Assembly: GCA_963700635.1 (NCBI GenBank) | Contig: CAVOYH010000003.1 | Location: forward strand, 32,001-96,000 | Direction of reading: 5' to 3' | Length of the DNA stretch: 64,000 bases | From: an uncultured Bacteroidota bacterium | GTDB taxonomy: Bacteria > Bacteroidota > Ignavibacteria > UBA10030 > UBA6906 | Part shown: one piece after another, positions 31,701 to 42,485 of the stretch | Layout of the letters: each line of letters starts with the position of its first letter | How positions within the stretch are numbered: position 1 is the first letter of the stretch | Translations under genes and position numbers: made by a program | Notes under the pieces: generated by a model | Seen by the model: the letters and a program-made list of their open reading frames with translations, nothing else | Database searches by the model: none | What the model was told of the DNA's origin: nothing

Positions 31701-32092
31701 GCCAGATCAAAGCGTCGGGCACTGTCACCCTTCGTGAGATAGGTGTGAAGCGGCGGGTGTCGGCTCACAAACTTTTCGTCTTCGAGGATCCCCAGAATAT
31801 GCCATTGGAGGATATCCACGTCATACACGGAACGGGAGGGCAGATCGGGATTGACGATGCGGTAGAGATCCCAGATAAACTGGCCCGGACTCCGGTAACA
31901 CATGTTTGCGGATATGCCCTGTGTGCGGGCAAGCCGGATGTCCATCCACTCACCCACGGTCCGGTCATGCACGACCACAAGTTCCGGCACCAGGGGCGCA
32001 GAAAGCGGATGTGCCCTGATGTCCGCCGCGAACCGGTCCGCAAGCAGTTCAAGTCGGTTTGACTGGACGATCTGGAGGCTGTGGTTGCTCAT
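28775..32092 (-). CDS. recC: Exodeoxyribonuclease V gamma subunit
   Basis: 'SNRLELL', 'LNPCREKW', 'HSCHTRMREVEVL', 'DDRYLFLE', 'HPLQSFS'. Confidence 0.92.
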   Translation of the reverse strand: MSNHSLQIVQSNRLELLADRFAADIRAHPLSAPLVPELVVVHDRTVGEWMDIRLARTQGISANMCYRSPGQFIWDLYRIVNPDLPSRSVYDVDILQWHILGILEDEKFVSRHPPLHTYLTKGDSARRFDLAGRLAELFNRYLVYRMEWLEKWEAGTRLNLGNDELWQAELWQRITAGITHPHRARLFQSFLQALKNPVKGLPERVSVFGISSLSPAYVDILHALGAQTTVCAYVLNPCREKWDDIADERMRVRTDLVYSAELMHVDVPHALLGSFGKQGRDFIRFVVETEGVGAGTVGLFEDPGKNTLLHTLQTGILSLSEEPVPARKDDDSFRIHSCHTRMREVEVLYDQLLAMLDRDPVLLPSDILVLAPDINMYAPYVEAVFPRASHSDIGASATRRILPYDITDRERGQIDTVVDVWTRLLNLPATRFDADLILDLLRTGPVRDTFAIAVNELDTLAGWVEQSGIRWGMSGGQKQQWELPESEQFTWSWGLERMILGVGLPRALAGDAVPMFHGILPFDTIEGQQVDLLDRFGTFVHALQDWVGDLRNPRTMTEWGGVLSAWLDRFIGPTREYLESRESIREIITKAVSASEDAGYVGAVESAVFRSLFSAEQSESAPWMRFLGGGITFCSMKPMRPLPFKVVALLGMADGEFPRNVKPPSFDLMQTYYRHGDRSARLDDRYLFLELLLSARERLLMTYIGEDVKTGRARPMSPVVAELLEFAAEIGYAGDPDRNADPVKEAMAALHIAHPLQSFSSRYFDGLDPRLFSYSSEACRISRGIGTGSEIHHSLFADVLPDAGIELKKVRLDELCRFYEHPTRALFEKRLGVRYREEADAVESQEPLAVGKVETRAIYRALIQLLPKGEVVDRELLAVLLADGRLPVGVPGSYGFTSVMKEANAFVTSFKALTAEPRLPAIAGEIVVGDWVLEVYQPDVTSRGMFLVKPGKIHDADVISFWIRFLSVCLLHPHHTRGGLCGSLLGVNGLKEFPQVKDPEKLLEQLLFWYGEGLRRPLHFFPGLALKYAQETEEKDPGEVLAKFRESWDDPNRYGGYSESLDEYYARAFGSGEEAINEEFEALARMIAVTARRGMIETDFTKKKK

Positions 32093-32179
32093 CAATGTCG
32101 GGAACTCATCGGTTGTGTGCAGAGAGGATTCCCCGATCCGGCTACACGCAGTCGTGGCATCAGGGTACTCCCCTCCGGC

Positions 32180-33475
32180 TTAGTATACAGTGACAATATC
32201 AGCAGTGGGATAGTAGTGATGTAAGATCTGCTCTGCCGTCCGGCCGGCCAGAGCCATGCCGACCGCGCCTGACTGACACATACCCACGCCGTGCCCCCAC
32301 CCTGCGCCTTTCACGAGAAACCTGTCCGGTCGTTTCGGCGGCCCCTGTGGAGTAATGACAACACAGGAGCTTCGCAGCGGCGGATTCCAGGCCTGACGGA
32401 ATTCAAGTTCCGAGGAAACCCGGAGTCTTCCCTGCTCTCCAACAAACACGGCGCTGAGAATCCTGCCGGAATTCCCGCGCCGGACGGAATCTATGCGGAG
32501 AAGGCGACCCACCTGGCCGCCGTTTGTGCTCTTCAACTTGATAGAATCTGCGGCCGTAGGCACTTCCCACCGCCAGTATTTCCGGCTCCAGTCGGGAAGT
32601 CCCGGATTGGTCAGAGGATTGCAGTATGTCGCAGGGCCGGAATGTAACCAGCGGCGTAACACCCCTTCGTCATTCAGGGAGTCCGCCTCCAGAGTATCCG
32701 CATCAATGTGCGCACTCCAGTACGGCTGCGGACCGCTACGCCCCGGCCAAACGTTTTCCACGCTTTCTGAATGTCCGCCGCAGTTGGAAGCAAAGAATGC
32801 GTTGATGGGTGCACCACGGGACTGCAGTATGATCCCCCGCGTAGCACGGATGGCGCGGTCAATCTCCGCAGTACTCCGTGTTATCCCCCCAAACACCTGA
32901 CAGTCAACATCACCGCAAATGTCATATCCGTCGTTTGCATACATCCGATTTCGCAAGGCCGCAAACGCTTCAGACCGTGCGGCAACGGACTGTGCGCGTA
33001 AAGCCTCGAATGGAGCCGTCCCGATCTCATACGGAACCACGCCACGGAGATACCGCTCCACCGGGAGGGAGATGACCAGGCTGAGACGTCCGGGTGACTG
33101 AACACGAGCCCGGAGTTCTCCCTCGTACCGTCGATCTTCCTTTCCTTCCCACCACCACCCGATTCCGTACGGAACATCACGAATGAGAAGAGTTCCCGTG
33201 TCGCGTGCTGCACTCAGGATCAGAAGCGTGTCTTCCAGCACAACAGTCCCGCACTGTAACCGTACAAGCGTGTCACGGCAACTGAGAAGCACCTCACTGC
33301 CATCTTTCAGTATTGTCGCCCCGCGCGCCCGTGCATGCCATGTACCGCCGGGTACAAGGGTGACCCGGTCAAGGTTGGCGATAATCTGAACCCTGATTAC
33401 CGGTTCCTTTGCGCGAACCCCGCAGGAGACAAAAAGGCAGAGACACAACAGTAAGGCCAACGTTCTGAGTTTCAT
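32180..33475 (-). CDS. SpoIID/LytB domain lytic transglycosylase
   Basis: Start moved to MKLRTLALL; 'ERYLRGVVPYE', 'ALRAQSVAARS', 'GWGHGVGMCQSGA', 'ILHHYYP'. Confidence 0.88.
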   Translation of the reverse strand: MKLRTLALLLCLCLFVSCGVRAKEPVIRVQIIANLDRVTLVPGGTWHARARGATILKDGSEVLLSCRDTLVRLQCGTVVLEDTLLILSAARDTGTLLIRDVPYGIGWWWEGKEDRRYEGELRARVQSPGRLSLVISLPVERYLRGVVPYEIGTAPFEALRAQSVAARSEAFAALRNRMYANDGYDICGDVDCQVFGGITRSTAEIDRAIRATRGIILQSRGAPINAFFASNCGGHSESVENVWPGRSGPQPYWSAHIDADTLEADSLNDEGVLRRWLHSGPATYCNPLTNPGLPDWSRKYWRWEVPTAADSIKLKSTNGGQVGRLLRIDSVRRGNSGRILSAVFVGEQGRLRVSSELEFRQAWNPPLRSSCVVITPQGPPKRPDRFLVKGAGWGHGVGMCQSGAVGMALAGRTAEQILHHYYPTADIVTVY

Positions 33476-33663
33476 TGGTCCTGTATTAAGCGTTCGGCAG
33501 TTGAAGCAGGTTTGAAGACCTGGCGCCGGGGGCGCGGAATATATCTGGTGTAGTATAATCAAAATTTCCTCGGAAAGTCGCATGCAATTCTCTACCGTGA
33601 CTATCCAGAAACAATGTGGTATATATCCGGAAGGTCTGCAAACTCCATCTGCTGGAGATCCCC

Positions 33664-35010
33664 ATGAGACGCAAGACCCTCTCACTGTTCGGCATCGTGT
33701 GTCTTGCATCGGCCGCGGTCGTACAAAACTGGATCCGGGTAAACCTGCTCGGATACCTTCCACGCTCCACGAAAACCGCAGTGTGGGTTTCAAAGAGTCC
33801 GGTTCCCCACGCAAAGAAATGTGAGATCTGCGATGCCCGAACGGGGGAGAGTGTGTTCCAGTTGCCGGTGATGGAGGAATGCGGAGCGTACGGCCTCTTT
33901 GCATCCACATGGCGACTAGATTTCTCGGCTCTCTCTTGCACCCGGGGAATATATCATCACAGTGGACTCCACATTCATTGACGTGACCGGCTGCTGGCAT
34001 GACGCGGCTGACTACCTCCAGTACGTCACCACATCGGCATCGGCGACCTATCAGCTACTCTTCGCCTACAAAGAAAGCCCCGAGGCTTTTGGGGACACAT
34101 GTCAGGCAAACGGCCTCCCGGGAGGAAATGGTATACCGGATGTCCTAGATGAGGCGCGCTGGGGATTGGAGTGGCTCCTGAAAATGAGCCCGGCGCCGGG
34201 GATGATGTTCGATCAGATCGTTGCACGGGTGAACCGCAGGGGCTTGCCGGGTATTCGAACCGGTCCACGGGGATTGCATCAACGGCGGGAAAGTTTGCCT
34301 CCGCGTTCGGACTGGGAGCCATGGTCTTCAAACATACGGACTCATCGTTTGCAGGTACGCTGGGCGACAGAGCCCAGACCGCATACACCTACGGCCTGGA
34401 ACATCCGGGTGTGTGCCAGACTGCACCCTGCCGCACACCGTATTATTATGAAAAAGACAATTGGACGGACGACATGGAACTGGCGGCCGTGCAGCTCGCC
34501 CTTGCGACCGGTGAGGAGGATTTGCTGTCTGCTGCCCTGACAATTGCAGAACAGGAAAAGGTGGTACCCTGGATGGACGGAGGGAGAATCGGGCATTACC
34601 AGTGGCATCCGTTTCTCAATCTGGGGCATGTCGGGCTCACCCGCTGCAACAACCTGACAATCCGCAGGCAGACAGTTGAGTTTCTACGGCATGGGGTGGA
34701 GCGTGTCGCTCTGCGCACCCGGACGAGCCCATTCCGCATAGGGGTGCCGTTCATCTGATGTTCGAACAATCTCGTGTGTTCATTCCTTACACACGCCCGA
34801 CTCTATCGTGAGCTCTCGAACGACACCGCATGCGGTGATGTGGAGGCCGGAATGCGGGACTGGTTATGGGGATGTAATCCCTGGGGCACATCCATGGTGG
34901 TGGGCTTGCCCCGCAGCGGGACCTCTCCGCGTGACCCCCATTCGGCGTATTCCCATCTCCAAGGATACCCGGTTGACGGCGGACTAGTAGACGGTCCCAT
35001 TGCCGGATCG
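33664..35010 (+). pseudogene. Degraded GH9 glycoside hydrolase
   Basis: Fragments in several frames ('IRVNLLGY', 'DVTGCWHDAADY', 'DEARWGLEWLLKM', 'GCNPWGTSM', 'GGLVDGP'); in-frame TGA at 34756; apparent internal deletions; end approximate. Confidence 0.8.
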
Positions 35011-35027
35011 GGACCGGGTCAGGCACG

Positions 35028-35645
35028 TTGCGGGATCCGGTTGTTGTGCGGCCTCCAAACATCGTAGCTGGCGAAAAAGAAATCCTGGATGATCCGCGTC
35101 CTCTCCTGAGAAGCGGTGATACCGTACCAGTAAATTTTCTGCTGGAATTGATGATTACGCGGACTGACAACACGGCAGCCAACTGCCTCATCGATATCGC
35201 CGGCCGCGAGAACATCAACGCCCTCATGCACCGCTACGGATGGTATGGAAGTGAGGTCACGCGCAAGTTCCTCAAACGTGCGGTCGAGGATCCGGCGTAC
35301 AGAACCATACGGGGGACCGAGACATGCGCACTTCATGCTGCCGAGTTTCTCTTCCGTATTCAAACGAATCAGCTTATAAGTCCCTGGGTTAGCCAGCAGA
35401 TGAAGGTATTACTGGGGAGGCAACTGGACAGGTCGAAATTGGCGGCGGGTCTGCCGGACTCGGCAATGTTCTATCACAAGACGTGCTGGTGTTCGTACTG
35501 GACCCACGACGTCGGCATTGTAGACGACGAGAAAGTGCGCTACATCGTAGCGTGCTTTTTGCCGCTCAGGGAAGGGAGCGCACTGCCAGAGATGAGGGAA
35601 CTCTCTGAACGGGTCTATCAGCTGATGCGTACGCGGCAGCGATAG
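35028..35645 (+). pseudogene. 5'-truncated class A beta-lactamase-like serine hydrolase
   Basis: 'MITRTDNTAAN' (SDN motif altered), 'HKTCW' (KTG altered), 'HDVGIV'; no SxxK motif or signal peptide. Confidence 0.65.
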
Positions 35646-35664
35646 CCTTCAGTGTTCTATGGCA

Positions 35665-36942
35665 CTATTTGCAAAGAAGGAGTTTCTTTGTTTCCCGATA
35701 GCCACCCGCCCGTAGTGTATAGAAATAAGTGCCACTGGGCAGATTCGTGGCATCAAATTGTACCTGATGATTGCCGGCATCCTGATCACATGCCACCAGA
35801 TCAACAATGGGCTGTCCCAGCATATTGTACACCTTAAGCGTGACGTATGATGAACCGGGGAGATCGTAGTTGATCGTGGTTGACGGATTGAATGGATTGG
35901 GATAGTTTTGAAACAAAGAATGATGCATTGGAGAGTTCGACGCTTGATCCTCGCTCACCGCACTTGGGAATTCAACGTACGTAACAATGGGTCCGGCCCA
36001 CGTCACCGCCCACCCGCGGACGCCACCACCCACCTGCGCGAAATCAAGAGTCCAGAAAGTGCCCTCCGAACTGAAGGAGAACACAGAAACCCAGTTCTTA
36101 CCGCCGTTGGTGCTCCTGTATATGGTTTTTCCCCTCGCAAGGTAGAAATCCCCACCGAACCCCGACACATCGGACTCTCCGGTATCACGACCAGGCAGGA
36201 CGATGCCAGTCCATGTGACCCCTCCATCCTCAGTCCAGACCCCAGCATTCCCATTAGTCATTACGCCTCTCAACGCATCCACGAACCATATTGAAACAAA
36301 ACCTCCATAGCCGGTGAAATGAAAGGACCACGTACCACCAGCATCTGTAGAGCGGTACGACCCCCTGGTTGAGCAAAACCAGAACTTGTCCTCCCCAGAG
36401 ACTGCAAAGTTAGTCACTACCCCCAGTTCGCCCTCGACCTGAAGAGGACCACTGCCCATAGGATTCCAGGTAGCTCCTCGATCGGTCGTCTTAAGTAGCA
36501 GGAATGACCCTCCGATAGGATCGCCGAGTGCGTAACCAATATTTGCATTTACCATCTTAAAGCCGTTCAAGAACGCACCGCTGGCAACAAGGGAATAGAC
36601 CTGTTGCCAATTCTTTCCCCCATTAGTTGTACGCCAAATGGCAGTGTTCCCTCCCAGATCGGGAGCGGATGTGATCATTGCTGTGTTGGAATCGATCGCT
36701 TCGATACCCCAGATGTTGCCCGTGACCGTTGGTGTCGTAACCATCTCCCACGAGGCACCGCCGTTCACCGTGCGCATGGTCGGACCGCCGTACTTGCCGA
36801 CAGTCCATCCCACATTCATATCAACGGCTTTCACAAAACCTAGAGGTTGACCGGTCGCAGCAACTTGTTCTGACCAACCGGTCTGACAAAGTGATGTCCC
36901 AACTGCGAAAATGATCAACAAGACTATCAATAGCTGTCTCAT
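35665..36942 (-). CDS. Secreted BNR/YCF48-like beta-propeller protein with T9SS CTD
   Basis: GGAGG RBS; signal peptide; repeated 'T.DGG.TW' Asp-boxes; 'LFQNYPNPFNPST'. Confidence 0.85.
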   Translation of the reverse strand: MRQLLIVLLIIFAVGTSLCQTGWSEQVAATGQPLGFVKAVDMNVGWTVGKYGGPTMRTVNGGASWEMVTTPTVTGNIWGIEAIDSNTAMITSAPDLGGNTAIWRTTNGGKNWQQVYSLVASGAFLNGFKMVNANIGYALGDPIGGSFLLLKTTDRGATWNPMGSGPLQVEGELGVVTNFAVSGEDKFWFCSTRGSYRSTDAGGTWSFHFTGYGGFVSIWFVDALRGVMTNGNAGVWTEDGGVTWTGIVLPGRDTGESDVSGFGGDFYLARGKTIYRSTNGGKNWVSVFSFSSEGTFWTLDFAQVGGGVRGWAVTWAGPIVTYVEFPSAVSEDQASNSPMHHSLFQNYPNPFNPSTTINYDLPGSSYVTLKVYNMLGQPIVDLVACDQDAGNHQVQFDATNLPSGTYFYTLRAGGYRETKKLLLCK

Positions 36943-36969
36943 TGCAATCCTCCCGCATAAAAATGGTTC

Positions 36970-38386
36970 TCAATTGCGGTGCGCTCTCAGCCATTTCAGG
37001 ATCGGTTGCCAGACCATCGCAGGAGCCTGAGGCGCAGCAAAGAGATCGATGTGACCGAATTCAGTCAACGGGTTTCCGGTCCCCAATTCGACGAGCTTAT
37101 GGGTGATATCCGCGCTGCCGAGCAACGTCGTCCCGTACATGGTATATGGCCCCAGACCGCCCTTCGCTCCGAGATTGAAGATGGGGACTCGTATCTCTCC
37201 GATGTGGTCATCGAAGGGACTGTCAACAACCTCTCCCACCCACTTGTCGAGGTCGATGATGAATTTGTTGGCTTCGTAAGGAACACCCGCCTCGAGAAAG
37301 TCTAGCCACTGCGGTATCGTTATGAGCTGCAAGTCGATCGGAAAGCCTGAATTGTCCATGACGCCTGCAAGGTAATGTGTCGTGAGGTCGTCACCAAAGA
37401 TTTGCCCGCTTCCGAACCAAAGGGCGACTTGAAGATTGGTGAAACCCAGAAACAACTCTGAATTTCCATCCGGACTTATTCGGGCCAAATTGCCGATCAG
37501 TTGAAACGGTATGTCAGCCTGGTATACCCCGCTGTTGCGAAGAGGTTCGTAAAGGCTCAAGTCATTGACGAATGACTGGCGCACAGCGGGATCATTTGAC
37601 TTCAGGAGCATGTCAGCACAAACAAAGCCCTTTATTTGGCGCGAACGAGCAGGCACTTGCGTCTCATGATTCAGGGCAGCATAGCCGGTCGCTCCACCGC
37701 TGCTATATCCCAATAAGATCATCTTGTCATACCCGTTGCCAGTCAGGAATCGTAACGAACGAGCGACCGCCATCGCGGATAAAAGATCATCAATGTTCCT
37801 CTGCATGCCCCAATCTTTCATGAACTCGAAATTCGTGGTTCCTGCAGGTACGATCGCCCAACCCTGATCAATGCCCCAGACATCGACATTATTTTCAGCG
37901 AGGAAGACCGCCAGACCAAAGTCATCCGGCGTATTGGCTGACCGTGTGCCCAGCAAAAACATACCCTCGAAATCTTTTGCGTCACCATGAAGAAGGAAGA
38001 TGGCGTCCTTTGACTTGCCGGGACGGCAGAAACTTGGTTCCTTTACCACACGGTGAATTCCAATTTTATCGTGGATTCCTGGTCCCACCCGGACCTGAAA
38101 CTTGTAGTGGACAATTCCTCCTGCAATGAGTTGACGCTCGAATCCGAGGATATATCTTCCGCACTGCACCTTGGCCAATGAGCCGGCTGATGCCGTTTCT
38201 CCTCCTCCCGCAAGCTCCCATCCACTTAATCCGATTACCTCAAGTGCTATTGGTTCGGCATCCCCAGTTTCTGTGACAGAGGGTTGTTGCCCCGCATCAT
38301 CGGCAACCGGAGGCTGTTTTTCGCACCCCCAGAAAACCAGAAGAGTGAGCAGAAGGCCGGTGTATAGCAGCGCGCAGGAGCCGCAT
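36970..38386 (-). CDS. Alpha/beta-hydrolase lipoprotein, frameshifted just after the start
   Basis: AAGGAGG RBS before ATG 38386; one extra base near 38371 separates it from 'LLYTGLLLTLLVFWGC' (lipobox), which is in frame with ORF 36970-38178; 'LLHG', 'GYSSG', 'FGHID'. Confidence 0.72.
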
Positions 38387-38561
38387 GGAATCCTCCTTGG
38401 TAAGTTGTTGGAATGCTGGCTGGCGGAAAAATGTTTCCGTCACCCAAATGCCGGTAACCGGTGGAAGGATCAGTTCGTTTCAAGTGTATAGCATTCCTGC
38501 TACAACGTCCAGAAAAACAATATGCAATCTCTTGTTGACATTCCTTGTAGTCACTGGAGGG

Positions 38562-38973
38562 CTATCTTGGTACGCTCGTCCCCTTTGTTCCAATCCGGGG
38601 AGACTTCGGGTCACTGAGTGATTTCTTCAGTTCGCTATGTGAAGAGGCGATGACAACACCTTTCCTGAGTTGTGCGAAGGCGACACCGAATGTCCTTTTT
38701 ACCCACCGATAGAACGACCAGTCATTCAAAAAACCGAGTTCAGAACCGATTTGATAGCCATACAAACGTCTATCCCTCAAACGTCGACACCACATGTTCC
38801 TGCCTGCGTTTGTTCACATACGCACCGACCGTCATCCCATAGCGCTGCCGGAAGATTCGATCCAGGTTTCCCGGGTCAACGCAAAATTCGGCCGCGACAT
38901 CTTTCAGGGTCCGCCCCTCCTGCCAATGATTCACAAAATATGCGAGACCTTTGTCATAACGTACAGTGCTCAT
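38562..38973 (-). CDS. Small stand-alone AraC-type double-HTH protein, split by one +1 frameshift
   Basis: HTH1 'TLKDVAAEFCVDPGNLDRIFRQRYGMT' and HTH2 'YQIGSELGFLNDWSFYRWVKRTFG' join if one T at 38779-38781 is removed. Confidence 0.75.
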
Positions 38974-39093
38974 GCGGCGTCAGGAAGGGTGCATGGGTGT
39001 GACAGGATTGAATGTCATGACAACAGGCGTTTTCGACAGGTCCCGCCAGCGATAATGATCAGGAACCCGGGAGCAACAATGCCGGTGCCTACT

Positions 39094-39123
39094 GGTTAGT
39101 CGGGTGAGTGAACGAAAGGTTAC
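39094..39123 (-). promoter_or_regulatory. Putative ECF promoter GTAAC-N16-CGACT-AACC upstream of the AraC gene
   Basis: Same spacing and flank as the copies at 42313-42342 and 43009-43038. Confidence 0.6.
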
Positions 39124-39163
39124 AAAGAGATCATGAGGGGGACTGCCCTGGTACAATACGGAG

Positions 39164-42100
39164 CTATCGCGCTTGCCAATCCCCCGTCGCCACATATGCC
39201 CCCCAGGTAAACGGATGGTCCGGCCTGCCGCGTAGCCGCTGTTCTCTGATGCGCTCCAAGGCGACTTTCTGCATCAGGGCGGGGTACGGGATCTTCTCAC
39301 CCCCGGTTCTATGTGAAGGCAACATGGTAGCATAGAGATCTTTCATAAACTTCATCGTTTCAAGGTCAGGCACCTGCCAGAGAGTACTCACCACGGATTT
39401 CGCTCCAGCTATCTGGAAAGCCCGACGCAAACCGTAGACGCCTTCACCTTGTTTGACGTTTCCCAGTCCTGATTCACACGCAGAAAGTACAACAAGTTCC
39501 ACGCCCTCAAGGGGTAAGGCGGAGACCTCCAGAGCGGTAAGGATGCCGTCTTCAGTTCCATATTCCCTGGCGCCCCGACCGTGCAAATTTGCTCCGGCAA
39601 GAAGCAATCCCGACAGAAGCAAAGGATTTTCCCCGTTGCCCGACCCTTCTGATCCGGCAGGTGGACGCGAGGCATCCAGAAAGTATCCGTGCGTCGCGAG
39701 GTGTAACACCCGCTTGCCGGCCGATGTTGCCTTGAACACCTCTTCACTCGCCATGGATCCCACCAGATGAACCACAGGCTCTGACGGATTGTACTCGCGC
39801 CAGGTATCCACAATTCCCCCGACTTCGATCCTTGTGTTATATAGACGTGAAACCGTCATGCTCTTCAACTGTTCACAACCAGATCGCATGTTGCGAAGTT
39901 GATATGGATCCTCAGATCCAGAGTTCCTCACAGCAGACGGACGAGAGGCAATTCGTTCTGACGCCGGCGCATCAAAATCCGGATCCCCCAGCGCGAGCAG
40001 TCCGGATCCGGACGAACCAGCACCCTCCTTGGGAATGATATCACGAACAGCAGAGAGACTATGCAATAAGTTTTTTTCAATGATGTACTTTCGATCGCTA
40101 CCCATCAATGCGGCAAATGAGACCAGATTCAATCCGCCATCCGGGGCGACACAGATCATCCTTCGGCCGTTCAGAACGGATTCGAATGGCCGCCAAACAA
40201 GATCGTATAAGGTGGCCGCAATCTTTCGGTATTCCATCCCTTCCTTTGTACCAACCGGTTTCCGCCGTTCGGCAATTACTGCCATGTGCCTCCGGTAAAG
40301 GTCGACGGTCCGGTCTATTATTGCCGCATCACCCAAATTGAAAAGACTGGCCCTCCCTGATTTCTCCACTACGAGGGCGATGTATCGAGGGGTCACCGTA
40401 TCAGGATTCACGAACACGTAATTGATGAGCACAAACTCAACCGCGACGGCGTCGCGGGGCATGTGACGTATGACCTCATCAACGTCCACCCGCTGTTCTC
40501 GCACTGTTTGAGGAAAACTTGCACTCTGCCGTGCGAGCGAGGATTCCAGCTGATTCACCCTACGTTCGAGGGAATCGATCCCCCGGTTAAACACTGCTTC
40601 ACTTTGATCTTGAAGACCGTTGACGATACCGCGTTGCCAGGTGAAAACGTGTGGAGCGATATTCATCGGCCAACTGCGACTGTAAGGGAATCGGTCTCGC
40701 GAACGAGCCTTTGTCTGCGAAGAAAGGCCTGCTCCGTTGCCTGGCCTTTGGTCGAGAGGACAATCCCCGCTATCTTCTGGATGGCAGCTTGATCGGAGGG
40801 CTGAGCATCAAGAAATATTGAAATGTATCCGTCTACCGAACGACGCAATGAAGATGAATAGGAATGGGCATTCTTCTCGGACAACACACGGACGTTCCGG
40901 TGGAAATTCCTCATTCGGACGTTAACCGCGTGTTCAGCCATCTCCAGGGCTTTGGGATAATCACCGACCCTTCTATAGTACTCACCATACGTATCAAGAA
41001 TTGTTGCGAGAGTCGGGTTTTCGGAAGTCATACGATCGTGCTGCGTTGCAAGCGCCAGACTGAGGAGAGAGTCAGCGAGGCAGAATCTTCCTGTGTGCAT
41101 GTACGTGCGGGCGAGCCCGAGCCATGCTGGCACGTTCCGCGCAGTCCCGCTGCCCCAGAGAGAATCCGTCAGAATCAAGGCCTCCACAAACAGGGACTCG
41201 GCGAGCGTGTACTGTTTTGCCATACCAATAACATTCACCCAACAACCGCATCGCCATCGCAGTTCGCGTCTGGGGTTCAGCGAGATGTCGCCAGCACTCG
41301 ATCGCTTTTGAAAGCGGACCTACTGCGTCTGCGTGCCTTCCCCGCGCAACCAGCGTTGCTCCCCTTCCCAGAAACCACCTACCAAGCATTGGATCATCCG
41401 GCCGGAGCTTTTCTTCGATGGAGACGCGGGTACGGTTCCCAAGAGCTTCGGCTTCCTCGAACCTCCCTTGGAGTTCATAGTGCTGGGCGAGATTGCCCAA
41501 ACAGATAGCTGTTCGCACGGAAGCAGATCCGTACTTTGTTTCCCAGTTTTGAAGAGCTTCCTCCAGGAGAGGTTCTGCCTCATCAAACCATCCCAATGAC
41601 CAATAGGTCACAGCCAGCATCGTCAGCGTATATGCCAGACTCGGGTCATCGGGGTGCAATACCCTTCGGAGTCCCTCGAGTGCTTTCCTGTACAGGTAAA
41701 CGGCCTTTGTGTAGTCCCCCTGCCTCTGATAGTAGGATGCAAGGTTATGGAGTGCTGAGGGGTATCTGGCCTGTTCGGTCGCATGAGCCTTTTCATATAT
41801 CTGGAGCGCCTGCTCCAGGACTCTTTTCGCCTCGACATCCCTCCTGAGGGTGAGGTAGATTTCCGAGAGCTCGAGAAAAGCGTCAGCGACTCTGGGGTGA
41901 TGAGGACCGTACACGCTCTCTTTGATCTCGCATGACCGTTTAGCATGCACCAGCGCTTCCTGGGGAAGCACAATGGTGGCACTCGTGAGTAATGCGGCTA
42001 GCACATCCAACACATTTGCCACAATCGTGTCCGCTCTCCCGAATTCCATTTCCGCTTTGGGAAGAGCTTGTCTGGCCAGGTCCAGGGCGGCAGGCATGGC

Positions 42101-42229
42101 AGGTCCGAAGCCGACGGCGAGTAACGAATCGGCTTGGTGAAGGAGTTCTTTCCAGGTCTGAGCGTGGGCGGGTGGGAAACAATCGAACAGAAGGATCAGC
42201 ACGACAACAACCGAAATTCTGGCCGACAT
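39164..42229 (-). CDS. Exported TPR-CHAT (caspase-like, clan CD) protease of about 1020 aa, split by three +1 frameshifts
   Basis: Signal peptide ending 'PPAHA-Q'; TPR repeats ('ALHNLASYY', 'CLGNLAQHY'); CHAT motifs 'APDGGL', 'LHLATHG' (His), 'VVLSACESG' (Cys), 'HPFTWGAY'; breaks near 41216, 40673 and 40626. Confidence 0.85.
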
Positions 42230-42312
42230 CGGAGGACCCCCGAGTGAGGATGGGAATAGAATAAAGATAGCGATATAGATATGGCGTGTCAACTCCAGAC
42301 ACTACCAACCAA

Positions 42313-42342
42313 GGTTAGTAACCGGGTTGTTCGAATGGTTTC
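42313..42342 (-). promoter_or_regulatory. Putative ECF promoter GAAAC-N16-TTACT-AACC upstream of the CHAT gene
   Basis: Shared motif and 16-nt spacer. Confidence 0.55.
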
Positions 42343-42485
42343 GATCGATGTACGCTGATTCATGTGGGACCCGCATGCGATACGGTTTCCTCATTTTGAA
42401 ATGTCGTGGACAAGATGTACATTTCGCTCGCCTTGCGCACACAGCCACTGATTCTGGGGCACGATCTCACAACGGTTACTGAATC

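Noticed and set aside
33476-34000. N-terminal extensions in the ORF track (SpoIID, also PorV, galT, trpF, epimerase, P460)
   Set aside because: They overlap neighbouring genes or promoters; downstream starts give proper signal peptides, RBS or family N-termini
34756-34758. In-frame TGA as selenocysteine or recoded Trp
   Set aside because: Many intact genes here end in TGA and the surrounding gene is otherwise decayed; a nonsense mutation is simpler
35028-35645. Functional beta-lactamase resistance gene
   Set aside because: Catalytic SxxK is missing and the SDN and KTG motifs are altered
40620-41240. Programmed ribosomal frameshifting in the CHAT gene
   Set aside because: Three separate shifts would be needed, no canonical slippery heptamer is evident, and the same +1 pattern occurs in unrelated genes
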